Shown here: in pieces, positions 12,686 through 26,571 of the stretch | How the letters are laid out: every line of letters begins with the position of its first letter | Position numbering within the stretch: position 1 is the first letter of the stretch | Assembly (NCBI GenBank): GCA_013265495.1 | Contig: MU058844.1 | Location: 2,645,520 to 2,709,519 of the forward strand | Direction of reading: 5' to 3' | Length of the DNA stretch: 64,000 bases | DNA from: Vicugna vicugna | Lineage: Eukaryota | Notes under the pieces: model-generated | The model's database searches: none | Seen by the model: the letters and a program-made list of their open reading frames with translations, nothing else | What the model was told of the DNA's origin: nothing | Program-made: the position numbers and the translations under genes

Positions 12686-13559
12686 TCAGTGGTCCTAGAC
12701 AAATGCCTAGATCCCTACGGAGAGTACCTATATTATCTTTTTTAAAATAAGTAGAAATTCTTTCTTAATGCAAACAAGTATTCTCAATATGTTTTCATTT
12801 AGTATTAATAATTGCGTACTGATTTTTTTCAAAGTCTGCCATTCTTTACTAAATAGATGGTAGAAGAAAAATATATGTAAGTTAGACACAGACTTTCCTC
12901 ATGTCATCAATCCCTCTGTATCATCTGTTAGTTGTTTTCTTACTGACAGTGGCCAGAAAGGACACCTACAATAATCCCTCTGTGCCCTCACTGGGAAAGG
13001 TGTGCACATCCCCTCTCAGACCACACTCACACAGGTTTTTGTCAGCAAACTTTCAGCAAACAAATGTACTGAACTCACTGTTCCAATCTGAAGAAAACTT
13101 GTGACAAACTTCGAAAGTGCTACCCATTCTTGCTAAGATTTTATAGACCACTATAAGCCATCCTTCTCTGAAATTGATTTTCTTCACATTGGTCAAGAAA
13201 AAGATATGACATTTAAAGCTGTTTTTATTTTCAGATGTTAGACAGAAAGGATATATATCAGACACAGACACAGACATATATGATCTGATGGATTCCATCT
13301 TAGCATTGGCTATTCCTGTGAAGTGCATATTCTTAAACATTGTAAACACCATGTCATGACTTCAACCTATGAAGTGTTTCAAAATAACTTCATAGAACCA
13401 TAAGTTGACTCTGTACTCTCTGTCAGTCTCCATGTGCTTACAAAATAAATAATAACATTAATTTTCTCCAAAGATATTAAGGATTCAAAGGTGTCTGATA
13501 AAATGTGGACAAAATCCTTAAGGACTGGAAAAATGTTTGAGAAATAAGGGACAAATACT

Positions 13560-16500
13560 CTGAGACCTGAGGGGAAAATGCCTGACCAGCCCAACCATGC
13601 CTGTGAAGGTAAGTCCATAGATCACAGTCTGATTCAGATATCGAAGCAGTCCCATAACCCAGCTCCAATCCCTCTCAGCCATACTCCTCTAGGAGTGGTC
13701 CTGATGTCCCAAAACCCAGAGGGAGACATGTCCTAATATGCCACTAGAGACAGCTTCACTGACCTTAGTCTGACTGTGGATCCTAAAGCCCTGTGGCCCA
13801 ACAGCAATCTTGCTCAGCCATGGTCTGGGGACAGTCCTGTACAACCAAGAAACTAGCAGGAGACACACCCAGCCATGGCCTGTGGGACAGGCTTTCAGAC
13901 TTTGGTCTCAGCCATGGATGCCGAAGAAGTCTTGTGACTTCATTCTAGTCCTTTTCAGCTGTGGTCAGGGGCCAATTCTGCTCACCTAGGACCTGCCCAG
14001 TGACCTATCAAGAGCACTCCCAGGGACCTGGAGGGAGCTGCATCTATGTTCATGGTAACAAGCCGACCATCTGTGAACCCTAAAGCATACCACTGTCCCT
14101 GTGCCAGCACTACTGACAAAAGTTTTGGAGGGAGTCCTATCCAGCCAAGGACAAGACAAAAATCTATGCCAGCCCAAACCTCTTGTAATAAGCTTGTCAA
14201 ATACAGACCCTATTGCAGACCCATTAGCAGCTACATGACTGGCTACAACTCAACTCTACCACGATTGGAAATAACACCATCATCCTGAGACCTGAGGGAA
14301 TAAATCTTTACTTGCTAAATAAGACCAGTTTGTAAATGGTGTAAGAGTTATTTTACTTCTTCAAATGCACACACCAACTCAATACTACAAGGATCATGAA
14401 GAATCAGGCAAATTCAACACTGCCAAAGGAAACTAGCAAAGATCTAGTAACTAACCCTCAAATTAAAAAACTTAAAAATGTGGAAAATTTGCAAATATTT
14501 GGAAAATAAACAAGATGCTCCTGAACAACCCATGAGGTAAAAAAGAAATAAAAAGGAAATTTCAACGGCATCTTAAGACAAACATAAACAGAAACACAAC
14601 ATACCAACACTTATATGATGTAGCAAAAGCAGTTCTAAAAGGGAAGTTTTTATAAATGTTTAAATTAAGAAAAAAAAAAGATATTACATAAACAACCTAG
14701 GTGTATACCTCAAGGAATTAGGGGGAAAAAAGTAAGTCCAAAGTTAACAGAAAAAGAAAATAATGATGATCAGAGCAGAAATAGATAAAACAAGAGACTA
14801 GAAAAACAACAGAAAAGATCAATGAAACTAAGAGCTATTCTTTTAAGAAGATAAACAACATAGATGACCTTTTAGCTACACTAACCAAGAAAGAGAGGGG
14901 ATTCAAATCCACAAAATTAAAATTAAAGAGAAAACATACAGATATACAGAATACAAAAAATCATGAGAAAACTATCAATAATTTTATGACAAAACAATTA
15001 ATAACCTAGAAGAAATGGATAAATTCCTAGAAACCTACAACCCACCAAGACCAAATCATGAATAAATAGAAAATCTGTACAGACTAATAACAAAGAGATT
15101 GAAGAAGTAGTCAAAACCTCACAAAAATGAAAAGCCCAGCATCAGATGGCTTTCTAGGTGAATTCAACCAAAGACTTAAAGAAGAATGAACGGCAATCCT
15201 TTTCAAACTCTTCCAAAAAATGAAAGAGGGAAACACTTCCAAACTAATTTCATGAGGCCAGCATTATTCCCATAGCAAAGCCAGATAAAAACACTACAAG
15301 AAAAGAAAAGGATAGGCTAATATCTCTGATGAATATAGATGGAAAAAATTCCAACAAAATACTAGCAAACACAGTAAACAATACATTAGCAGTATCATAC
15401 ATCAGGATCAAATGGGATTTATCAAAATACACAAATCAATAAAAGTGATATACCATACTAAAAAAGACTAAAAAGCATATGATACTAAAAAGCTCAATAG
15501 ATACAATACAAAATTTAACAAAACATAACATATTAAGTATAGAAGAAATGTACTTCCACATAATAAAAGCCATATATTATAAGCCCACAGATAACTTCAT
15601 ACTCAATGGTGAGAAGCTGAAAGCTCTTTCTCTAATATCAGGAATAAGACAACAGTGCCTACTCTCAGCACTCTTTTCAACATAGTACTGGAAATTCTAC
15701 CCAAAGCAATTAGGAAGATGAAGAAATAAAAGTTATCTGAATTGGAAAGGAAGAAGTAAATTGTCTGTTTGCCAGTGATACCTTATATGTAGAAAATCCC
15801 CAAAAACTCCACCAAAATACTGTTAGAACTAAAAAACAAATTCAGTACAGTCATAGGATACAAAATGTACATACAAAAATTAGTTGCTTTTCTATACAAT
15901 AACAGTCAAATATCTGAAAAAGAAATTAAGGAAATAATCCCATTTACAAGGTTATCAAAAATAACAAAATACTTTGAAATAAATTCAACCAAGGAGGCAA
16001 AAAAATTTGTACACTAAAACTATAAGAGTGTTCAAGCAAACTGAAGAAGACAAATAAATGGAAAGATATTCCATGTTCATGGATTAGACAAGTTAATATT
16101 ATTTAAATGTCCATACTACCCATTAATACTGATGCACAGAATTCCCTATTAGAAATTCCAATGGTACTTTTCACAGAAATAGGAAAAAACAATTCTAAAA
16201 TTTGTATGGAATCACAAAGATCCCATGGAGTCAAAGAAATCTTTACAAAAAAAGAAGCAAAACTGGAGGCATCACACTTCTGGACTTTAAACTATATTGT
16301 AAAGCTATAGTAATCTAAACAGTATGATACTGACATAGAAACAGATATATAGATCAGTAGAACAGAATAGAGAATCCAGAAATAAACCCACACATACATG
16401 ATCAATTAATCTTTGACAAAGACAATGGGGAAAGGATAGTCTCTCCATTAAATGGTGTTGAGAAACCTGGATAACCACATGCCAGAGAATGAAACTGGAC

Positions 16501-16655
16501 TCCTACCTTACACCACTCACAAATTTTACCAAAATGGATTGAAGACTTAAATGGTAAGACCTGAAACCATAAAACTCCTAGAAGAAAACTTAGGAAAAAA
16601 TCTCCTTCACATTTATCTTAGCAACAAGTTTTTGGATATGACACTGTAAGCAAAG
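13560..16655 (+). mobile_element. L1MA/L1M2-like element: 5' UTR, ORF1 start, internal deletion, ORF2 (RT region), 3'-truncated
   Basis: More GC-rich 5' region 13560-14300; ORF1-like start atgaagaatcaggcaaa (about 14397); ORF2 motifs aacctagaagaaatggataaattcctagaaac and IIKAIYYKPTDNFILNGEKLKA; many stops and frameshifts. Confidence 0.9.
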
Positions 16656-16829
16656 GATAATAGGATAGTGCCATTCTGAGTTATTAGCAATTTTGTTAAT
16701 CATAAAAATTGTTTTGAATTTTTCAAATTATTTTGAAATTTCAAAATGATTCATTTTATCTTGGCCTCTTAAAATGCTGATGTATTGATTTCCATCTTTT
16801 TAAAAATGTTTAAGAACACTACACTGTGA

Positions 16830-16930
16830 TCTCCCCACTTGATTGTGAGCTCCTATCATTGATCATAACACCTCCAGAAGCATATCTGACATATATAATG
16901 AGTTCTCAAAAAATATATAGCACTGAACTG
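16830..16930 (+). mobile_element. L2 3' end
   Basis: ccccacttgattgtgagctcct...tctgacatata...ttctcaaaaaatat...gaactga. Confidence 0.5.
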
Positions 16931-18864
16931 AGCTCATAAACAGATGGCAATGATAATGTAAGTTAAATAAAAGCTGTGAGATATGTTTAATGATTTAGAA
17001 ATACACTGAAAATAACATTTTGAGTATAAATACATACATATATATATAAAATTTTAGGATCTTTACTAATATAGTGGCTTACTTCAAATTAAAATTTTAG
17101 ATCTTTTATAGCTAGAGGTATTATATTTTAAAATACAAACCTATCATTAGAACTATGTTTCTTAAGTATTTTCCCCTAATCTCCCAACTAGAAAGCCTAC
17201 AAAGTTCAAGTTTGGGGATCCTATAAGCTCTTAGGGATGCACATATTGAAAATGTTAAAAATTTGAGTAAACACGTTTGGAAGAAGGTATCCTCACCATG
17301 GTAAACACAAGTTTGCCTGTGAGTTAAGTAACAGAGAACCACTGGAGGGAAAATAATGTAAGAAACTTTCTACTTAAAATTAAAATTAATGGTTTTTAAT
17401 CATACTTAATGTAACATTTTAAATATGAGAAATTTAAAAACAATTTCCTTTTGTATGATGCCAACAGTTGGGCATTGATTTGGGTGAGGCTATCTCCTTA
17501 TCTTCAAAGGTTTCAGGTATGACAAGAGTCTTACATAACAAGCTGTTTTTCCTGCCTCTAGAGGAAGGAGTAAAAAAAACTCTTCATCAGAAAATGGAGG
17601 ATTCATCAGAGAAGAGGGAGGATTCAGAGGAGGCTGAGACAGGAAAGGCATGGTTTTACCCATAATCCAACCCCACCTACACATCCTTAGTCCCAGCACA
17701 AGCTGGTAAATTCCATATCTGTATGTAAACTTGCTCTCTGGCAGTATCCATCTCTGTCTGATGCCAAATGTTTTGATTCAAAGCCAGGGATAAACTTGCC
17801 ACTGATGTTGGTTAGAAAGGCAAAGAGAGCTATTTCAGAGGAAAGTAGGAAACTTAATACTTTTTATTTCTCTCTCAAACTCAAGATTTTAAAGATTGGT
17901 GGCCTCCTCATGTTAGGACAAACTTGCTCTTGCTGTACTGAGTTAAGGCTCTGTGCAAAATTGCCCAGTATGTTTGCCAATCTTATGCTAAGAAACAAGC
18001 TATTTTCATTTTGGAACTTATTAATAACTTCTGAAAGGTGTCTGAAATCATATACATAATTTTAAAGCCACATAATTTGTATTGCTGAGGTTTAAAAGAA
18101 TCAAAGAAAGAAAATCATCTCAAGTTGAAAGCTTAACTACCATGTTTCAACCTGGAGGTACTTTTTAATCAGAAACTCTAATGGATCTTTGACAATAATG
18201 TTAGGAATAAAGTTGCTTTAACACAGGAGGGTACCTACTAAATGAAGGGGAACACAGCTAATTGCATGGTAATTGCTTTATATACAGTACCTGAAACATG
18301 GTATTAGTCGTTTTAGATGATGACAGATGGGTCATAATGCTTTTGCTTAGTTTAGCACTGCCATTGCCAAGCAGGAGTCAATTAATTTTTACATTTCCAT
18401 ATGAATATTCTCATTTATAGCACTTAATAAGCTTTTTCTTTTTATCTGATTTTATGTTGTTTACCTCCTGCAAATGATATATTGGGCGGAGATGACCAAT
18501 TGAAAATAAATGGCAAGAGATATTCTGGAAAATACTGTTTTCTACTCAAGCGAACAGATAAATGGAGATTAGCTCTGACCTATTCTACTTAAAGTATCCC
18601 ATGATTATAAAGTCATTTATAATGGGTGATTCACATAGCTTCATTATAATTCTCCCTCTTTCAGTGAACTCTACAACCCTAATTGATCAATAGCAACTTT
18701 CTAATGAGTTATTTCTTATAAGGTACATATTAGCGTCCTATGGTGGGCTTACAATGTCTCATTCTGTGGTGTTAACTCTCTTGCAAAGATAAGGTACAAT
18801 ACGAATTATGATCAGCCTAAATGAATACCTTAATAAATGCTAAAATCCCAAAACCACTGCCATT

Positions 18865-19070
18865 TTAAAGCCATCTATACAATTCACAATGAGCTTTCAC
18901 AAACATTATTTCTCACAACTAAACTATGAGGCAAATAAGGAAAAGATCACGATTTTTATGTTATCACTGGATCACTGAAGCTCAGGAGAGTGGTGACTAG
19001 ACTTGTCCAAAGTGACTGAAAATAAAATCAGAACACATACCCTTTGGCTACTGCTTCAGGAATATTTCCT
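18865..19070 (-). mobile_element. MIR fragment
   Basis: ctttcacaaacattatttctcacaac...cactgaagctcaggagag...gacttgtccaaagtgac. Confidence 0.55.
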
Positions 19071-19234
19071 GTATACAATATTTAATCTTAATTAATTGCT
19101 AAATTGTATTTTAAAGTGAAACAATAATTTGAGAAAAGGGAGAAAAGGACAAGGATGAGCTAAATTCTGTTGCACTAGGCACTATTCTATGCTGTTTACA
19201 AGAGTACCTCACTTTTTAATTTAATAAATAATAA

Positions 19235-20310
19235 CTCCCCTTTCCTCATCCTTCCAGACCCTGGTAACCACAAGTCTACTTTATGTTTCTATAAATTTGA
19301 CTACTTTAGAGACCATGTATTAGTGGAATCATGCTCTATTTGTCTTTTTGTGATTGGCTTATTTCACTCAACAAAATGTACTCAAGGTTCATTCATCTTG
19401 TAGCATGGAGCAACATTTCCATCCTTTTTAGGGATAACATTCCATTGTATATATACATTACACTTTGTTTATCCATTCATTGTCAGACATTTGGGTTGCT
19501 TCTATTTCTTGACTATTGTGAATAGAGCTGCTATGAACATGGTGTAGAAATATCTCTTCAAGAACCTGATTTCAGTTCTTTTGGATATATACCCAGAAAT
19601 GGGATTACTGGATCATATGATAGTTCTATTTTTAATTTTTTTAAAAAACTTCACCCTGTTTTACATAGCAATTGTGCCATTTTACATTCCCACCAACATT
19701 CACAGCATTCCAATTTCTCAACACTCTTGCCAGCATGTTTTGTTTTGTTTTTTAATAGTAGCCATTCTAATTGGTATGAGGTGACCTTACTGTGGTTTTC
19801 AATTGGCGTTTCTTTGATGATTAGTGACGTTGAGCATCTTTGCATATGCTTGTTGGCCATTTGTATATCATTTTTGAAGAAATGGCTATTCAAGTCTTTT
19901 GTCCAATTTTTAATCAGGTTATTTGGTTTTTGTTGTTGTTGAGTTATAGTTCTTTATACATGCTGGATATTAACTCCCTATCAGATAAATGATTTGCAAA
20001 TATTTTCTCCCATTCCATAAATTGCCTTTTCACTCTGTTGACTATGTCCTTTGATGCACTAAAGCTTTTAAGTTGATATAGTCCCATGTCTCTAATTTTG
20101 CTTTTGTTGCTGTGCTTTTGGTGTCATGTTCACAAGATCATTGCCAAGTCCAATGTAATGAAGATTTTCTCCTATTTTTTTCTAAAGGTTTTATGGTTTT
20201 GCATCTTACATTTAGATCTTTAATCCTAAATGTCAAGATTCCGAGCTAACTGTTGTATATGATCCAACTTTATCCTTCCGTATGTGAAAGTACAATGTTT
20301 CCAATACTAT
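19235..20310 (-). mobile_element. L1MA/MB ORF2 3' end and 3' UTR, antisense
   Basis: Minus ORF 19651-19893 [20 protein letters not shown]...CWWECK matches the L1 ORF2 C-terminal region; gtggaatcatgctctatttgtctttttgtgattggcttatttcact. Confidence 0.92.
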
Positions 20311-20329
20311 TTTTTCTTTTTTTTTCCAT

Positions 20330-20555
20330 TCATATATTAGAATGCTAATTACGTGCTAAGGGCTCTTCAAAATATTTTATGTGTTAATTTACTTAAATCT
20401 TACAACTACCCCAAGATAGTTACCACTGCTATTCCCATTCTGCAGATGATGAAACTGAGGCATAGAGAATTCAAGTAGGTCATATAGCTAGAAAGCACTG
20501 AAGCTAAGATTCAAACTCAAGAAACTCCTTAGCCTCCATTTTCACCACTGTGTTA
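20330..20555 (-). mobile_element. MIR
   Basis: Antisense MIR core cccattctgcagatgatgaaactgaggcatagag. Confidence 0.8.
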
Positions 20556-20574
20556 TAAAAAAGTATCTATCTAA

Positions 20575-20895
20575 TAACAATACATTGAGTGTCAACAGAT
20601 CCTAATATAATTATATTCTAATTATAAGAGACTAATAGAACACAGAAAATAAGTCCCTGCCCTTGCTCTGCTTACATTTTAGTTACAATTCTGACACTAA
20701 ATAAGGAGGCAAATAAGCTGATGATTCAACAGCAAGCAACGAACATAGTGGGGAGTGGGGAGAATCTTCTTTATGTGATGAGAGTGTCAAAAAATGCCTT
20801 CTTCAGATGTGAGATTTGAGCAAAAACCTGGAGGATGAGAATGAGACAGCCATGTGAAGAGCTAGGGGAAAGGCTTTCTATACAGAGACCAGCCA
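20575..20895 (-). mobile_element. L2 fragment
   Basis: aagtccctgcccttgctctgcttacattttag...gtgagatttgagcaaaaacctggaggatgagaatgagacagccatgtgaagag. Confidence 0.7.
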
Positions 20896-20914
20896 TCAGA
20901 ATGTTAAAAATGAA

Positions 20915-21060
20915 TGTTGGTCAGGATCATCAGAGTATAATAAAAAACTTGGCCTTACCTGAAAAAGGGATTGGCCTTTGACCATGGCTCTAAGAAGTAA
21001 CCAGTGTCATACCTAGTAGGAATACCTTTGCTTAGGGCAGAGGTTAGTCACACAGGCATT
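20915..21060 (+). mobile_element. ERVL-class LTR fragment (MER77/MER21-like 5' end)
   Basis: aaaaaacttggccttacctgaaaaagggattggcctttgaccatggctctaagaagtaacc. Confidence 0.4.
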
Positions 21061-24000
21061 GATTTGTGCAATATGAAAGAGCCTGACTCAGTGCTTGGAC
21101 ATAGTAAGTCAATACTACAATAGTGAACTTGTAGCTGTTCCCAGAATAGCCTCTAAAGTGTGAGGGGCAGAAGATAAGGATGGGAGAGATGAGGGAGTAA
21201 GAAATAAAACGTGCATATATTGAAAAAATTGCCTTAGGGTATTCTGAGATGAGATAATGACCCTCCATGAGATGCTGCTGCATCATTAGCACCATGAAAA
21301 TCATTCTCTTGGTCCAATATTCTGTTAAACTAACATGCCTAGGGGAAATCACTCTTTTTATTGTTTATTTTTTGGAGGGCATACAAATTTTCCTTTGACC
21401 TCTAGCAACAATGTATTAGGTAGACACAACATTTTCCTTTAGCAATATGAGGTTCAATAACAAATTGTTGATTGATTCAGTAATACAGTCATCTATATTT
21501 TTTCAGCATCTCTTACATCATTTGCATATTTTTGTTGTTGTTCTGCGTTTCTGGCAGTTAAGTTTGATCTCAAGATCACTGATAGTTTTTGGAAATGTGA
21601 TTTCAAATTTCTTTAATTTTTGTTAATCTCTCTTTTTCTCATCCTCCTCATTTTTATTCTGCTTATGTCACATCCTTTGCATCTTGTGGCTGGGTCCTTT
21701 TGGGCCAGTTATTTCACCATTCCCAGTTCCAGCATCTGCACTAAAAATAAAAGGATGAGAACGATGTGATAGGCTCATGGGCAGGGATAGATTAGAGAGA
21801 GTAAGATGCCAGCACAGTACCAAACATATTTGGCTTTCAATATATATTACCTTCCTCTTCAATCACTAACTCAGCCCAAGACAGAATAAGTATATATATA
21901 TATTTAACAAATGTAAATTTCTAGGTAATCAAAAAATTCAGTAACCCAGGACACACCATTCTGGTTTTAATGTTCTGTTTCTGTGGAATTACATTTGGAA
22001 TAAGAAAGGAGAAAGGGAATAGATTTACTAATGATTTTATTACTATGATTAATAAAAAATTTAAATTTATTTAGCACCTAAAAAGATACATTGCCAAGTA
22101 CTTTAATGTCATATATCAAAATTATTATGATTAATAATAAAAACTAAATATGCATGGCACCTCACAAATTACTTTTGTTTTTGTTTAAATTATCTTGTTT
22201 ATTCTTTTGTGCTTTAAATAGCATGTGAACTCATTATATAAACTACCTGGCATAAAAATCTCCATTTTATCAAAATGACAAAACTGTATCCTTCAGCTGT
22301 AATCTGGCTTTTAGGAATACAGCTAATAAGAGGCATATTTTGGCTCTAAATCTCATTCTCTTTCCACTCCACCTTGTAATTTTGAATTGTGCTGGATAGT
22401 TTTCAAGCGCTTGCATCTGAAGAGACAATTTGTTTGTTTTCCCCACGCTCTATTTTCACACCACCAGACTCAACTTGAAGTGTGGAGGGAACCACTGAGT
22501 CCTGTTCCAGGACTCCAGTTCAATTTTCTATCTCCCCAGTGTCATGCCCTCTATTCCACTGGTTTACAAACCCTTCAAGTCTCTAGCATTGAGGTCACTT
22601 AAGAGCGCTTTCTTTGTGTTTTTATCGTAGTTTAACAAGTTGTTCCCATAATTTCACTTCACCTTGGCATTTCTGCTTTATCTCCAAAGACCTGCCCTGA
22701 CACTTTCGACTTGTTCTGATTTTCCCTACGGCTTCTCCTCAGACTTCAAAAATTATATAATGCATTCCTGCTGATGCAAATGACCAAAATTGGTATTCAC
22801 TATTGCAAGCATCTGGGCAAGAGTAGATAGAACAATTTACAGGGCCTAGGAGGAAAGCAAACCTGGAAAAAAAATAAAATAGAATTAAGCAAAATGAGAC
22901 TCATGTTCACAGAAGGCAGTCTCAAACCTTTACATACTTCCCTCAATTTCTATCATTAAGAAAGTGAGAATATATAAGAGGAGTTGAGTATTCCAACAAG
23001 CCACAGGAAAAGATTCAGGATTTACAAAGGATGTTTAAAAAGCTAAATTCCTGATTTGGGATCTACCAATTTAATCACAGTGAAGCTTGAAAATAACCAT
23101 AGTTTGAAATGGTCCTTTCACCGCACTTCCTGTCTATTACAGCCAACCTTTTCCAACTCTGGTCTGTAGGACTAGGCCCTACAGATCCATTCTGAATCCC
23201 AGCGTTTTCTTGGACTGCAGTTGCTGGTCTTTTTTGACAGTATCTCCAGTATTTCTCAACAGAGAGCACAACAGATGGTCAATGCAAAATATTACAACTT
23301 GGGCCCCTCTCTGGACTTGTTCCAGACCTGCCCCTACAATGCACGCAACTCTATATTAACATTGAAAGATTATTCATGTTAGGATCTCCGAATTTTTACC
23401 CGAAACAATGAGCAAATCAGAATCTAAAGTCCAGAGATAACAAACTGAAAATTCAGAACAGATTTAAGGATTTATCAGCCTGAAAATGTGAAATTATCTT
23501 CACTGAGGCTAGTACCAAGAACAAAATCCTAGAAATGAGTAAAAGAAATGTGTGATAAACTCAGTTGGTTCTAATTTAAATTTGATTCAGTAAAACGCTA
23601 GATTAAGAACACAGACCCTGTACATATTTAAGCAAAACTGTCTATTTTACTTGCGCTAATTTCAACATAAGACCAAGTGGTAGAACTTAAAAGTTCACAT
23701 ATAAAGTTATAATTTGGCTTTAACACATTTCTTTTTTTTAATTTAACAAAAGCTATTTTTTAACTTTCCTAGGCTTTAGATTCCCTTTTGGAAAATCTGA
23801 ATAAATCTTTTCTAATTCCCAGGGACAGGGGCATAATTAAACAAAATATGTGAAAATCCCTAGAAAAATACTCAGCAATTAGATAAATATTATTAAAGTA
23901 AATTAGAAATAGACGACACAAATAATGGCTTTGAATCATTTAAAGCAACATTTATAGTAATACTACATTTACTATCTATTATAGCTGTATACACAAGCAA

Positions 24001-24160
24001 ATCTGGCACAAGTTCTCATTTTTTTGTCTCTCTTTAAACTCCCATGCCCTTTGTAATTGTCTTACAGCACTCACCACCCCCTGCCTTATATTATTATTAT
24101 TTAGAATTATTTCTTACTTAAGACTTTGAAGGGGACAAAATAAAAGGATCACTGAATGTC

Positions 24161-24586
24161 TATATTTGTTTGCTAGGGATATCATAGCAAAGTACCGAAA
24201 ACTGGGTGGCTCCAACAGAGGAAACTTAATGTCTCACAGTTCTGGAGCCTAGAGGTCTGAGCGATTAAAGGTGTTGGCAGGGTTGGTTCTTCCTGAAGGC
24301 TGTGAGGGAAGGATCTGTTCCAGGCCTCTCTCCCTGGCTGATAGATAGCTGTCTTCCCTCTATGTCTGCACATCATCTTCCATCTGTTGGTATTTATGTC
24401 CACATTTCCTCTTCTTCTAAGGACATCAGTCATATTGGATTAGGGGCTACCTTAACGGTCTCACTTTAACTTAATTACCCATATAAAGACCATATATTCA
24501 AATAAGATTAAATTCCAAGGTACTGGGGTTAAAGATCCAACATGTGAATTGGGGTGGGGGGGGTGCAAATTATTCAACTTATAACA
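24161..24586 (-). mobile_element. MaLR solo LTR (MLT1B-like)
   Basis: tctcacagttctggagcctagaggtctgag, ggattaggggctacctt, ggtactggggttaaag; ends ttcaacttataaca. Confidence 0.9.
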
Positions 24587-25654
24587 GTGTTCTTTCACTG
24601 AAAGCTGGACATTTTCTAGGGAAGTCTTCTGGGGTTTTTAGATTCTACAGGGGATCCTGTAGTTTTCTGATTTTTCCATTGTCTTTGATGATTCACAACT
24701 TGAGATAGATGTTAACTTGTGGAGGTCTGATGGTGATGAAAATGGTTCCTATTTATAGAAATGCAATAAATTTTGCCTTTTGTAGATGTAACTAATTACA
24801 CCCCCATGTAAAGAGGCCTGTTTTATATCAAATGGCAAAATGTTTCAGCATTCTTGATTGTCTATCTGTGATATTATTTAATTCTCTATCAACTAGTTTT
24901 AACACCTTAATAACTCCCTCACTAATAAATGAATTAAATATAATCTTTGATATGCTTGTTTTGTATTTGTATGAGCCATAATTTTACCTTGTAAAAATAT
25001 TTTCTTAACATTTAATTATTTAGCTAGATTGTAAATACCTGAGAACAACTATGCCTGCTTCCTGGGGTATAAGAAACCCCTTGTACAAGTAGTCAGGAAA
25101 TCTAGTTCCCTCACTGTTCTGCCATTTATTAGTTATAGGGGCAAAGGGCCAGGTCTCTTATCACCTCAGTCTTCACACCAGCTCAGTGGAAGGATCTTTC
25201 TGTGATCATTATCAGTTTGAAATATTCATTATAGTCCATGAGATACTAAGCCAGCTAAAGGCTTTAACCATAATGGCCACTCATTCCATTTTTGATACAG
25301 AAATAGAAGTTAATAGCCTTTTGCAATGGGAAGAAACTTAGAGATTAGCCCAATGTACACTCATGGATTTAGGTACTTGTCCAAAGTGAAATAGGCTATG
25401 TCTCTATCCCTACATATATATGTATGCCCCATACCACATCCACATTCCTTAGCTTCCCAATGCCATACTTGTTCAATAGAATGGGATTATAGTGGCCTCA
25501 GGGTTAGGTTGGTGGATGCATGTTGTAGCATCGTATCTCAGCCTTAATTCTGCCATCTCTGCCACTGGAAAAGATAGAGCTGAAATAATTTCAAAAGCAA
25601 AGTCTCAAAGCAACAGCTGGTGCTTTCAGATCTGACTACTCAGAGGAACAGATA

Positions 25655-25915
25655 ACAGCAGATAATATTTACTGTGCACTTACAGTGTTACCTGGTATCA
25701 TGCTATGTTGTTTACATATATTGACCCATATAAGCTTCTCCTCATACTCTGTGAGGTAGAAAGTGAAATATTAACTTCATTTTACCTATTCAGAAACTAA
25801 ACAAGAGAAAGTGAAATAACCTCCCCAAGACCACTCTCCACTCATCTAGTAGGTAGAAGAGCCAGGGTTCAAACACACAGTCAATCTCCAGAACCTTGCT
25901 CCCAATGATTACACT
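25655..25915 (-). mobile_element. MIR
   Basis: atttactgtgcacttacagtg...ctgtgaggtag...cattttacctattcagaaact...gagccagggttcaaacac. Confidence 0.75.
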
Positions 25916-26139
25916 TTCATCTTTAAAAATAATGAGGCCAACATATTATTCTGTTAATCCTTAAACAATTCTACATCTTGACCAAGTAAAATGTGTGATT
26001 CTACTGTGCTTGTATTGTCTAGACAGCACACACACATAGAGTTGATTTTGTTTCTGTTGTAAAATAGCATCTATTTTGTAAACAGAAAAGCTCAAATGTA
26101 TTAAAATGTGGATTCTTGTTCCATAGCTCCATTTTTAAA

Positions 26140-26380
26140 CTACACTGTATTGTCTGACACATCTTCACACATAGTGTATTACTCTACAAATATAGCAATA
26201 ACTTGGCATATAGTATATTACATTGTACTGTTATATACTTTATTATATATCTCATATGTGTTACATACATTTCATATATTATTAAGAGGTTTAATTCCAG
26301 ACACACATTCCTCTACACATTTATCCACACATATTCTCTCCCTGTTTTATACATACACACACATATGCACACATATCTCT
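26140..26380. repeat. Low-complexity TA/CA-rich tract
   Basis: Degenerate atatac/acacat runs; these account for the overlapping H/T/Y/I-rich ORFs. Confidence 0.6.
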
Positions 26381-26571
26381 TTGTTGTGCCTCATCAAAGG
26401 ATTTTCAAAGTGAACTGGTAGAATACTTAATATTCTCCTGACTGCTGCTTTAAATTGTTTTCTTGCTTGGCCAAACATCAAAAATGTAGGTATCTACCCC
26501 TTCTGGGAATCACTGAATGCCTATTATATTGGAGAGTAAATAAAAACTCATTAATATACTCACAACATTTC

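Noticed and set aside
13029..13090. Minus-strand acceptor ttttcttcag with two downstream GTGAGT donors (9-nt or 57-nt exon)
   Set aside because: I cannot link it in phase to neighbouring candidates, and such motifs are frequent in AT-rich DNA.
13982..14288. Overlapping ORFs in GC-richer sequence
   Set aside because: They lie in the L1 5' region, where higher GC lowers stop-codon frequency.
20953..20970. Second minus-strand CAG|GTAAGG juxtaposition
   Set aside because: It falls inside an LTR-like fragment and is probably repeat-derived.
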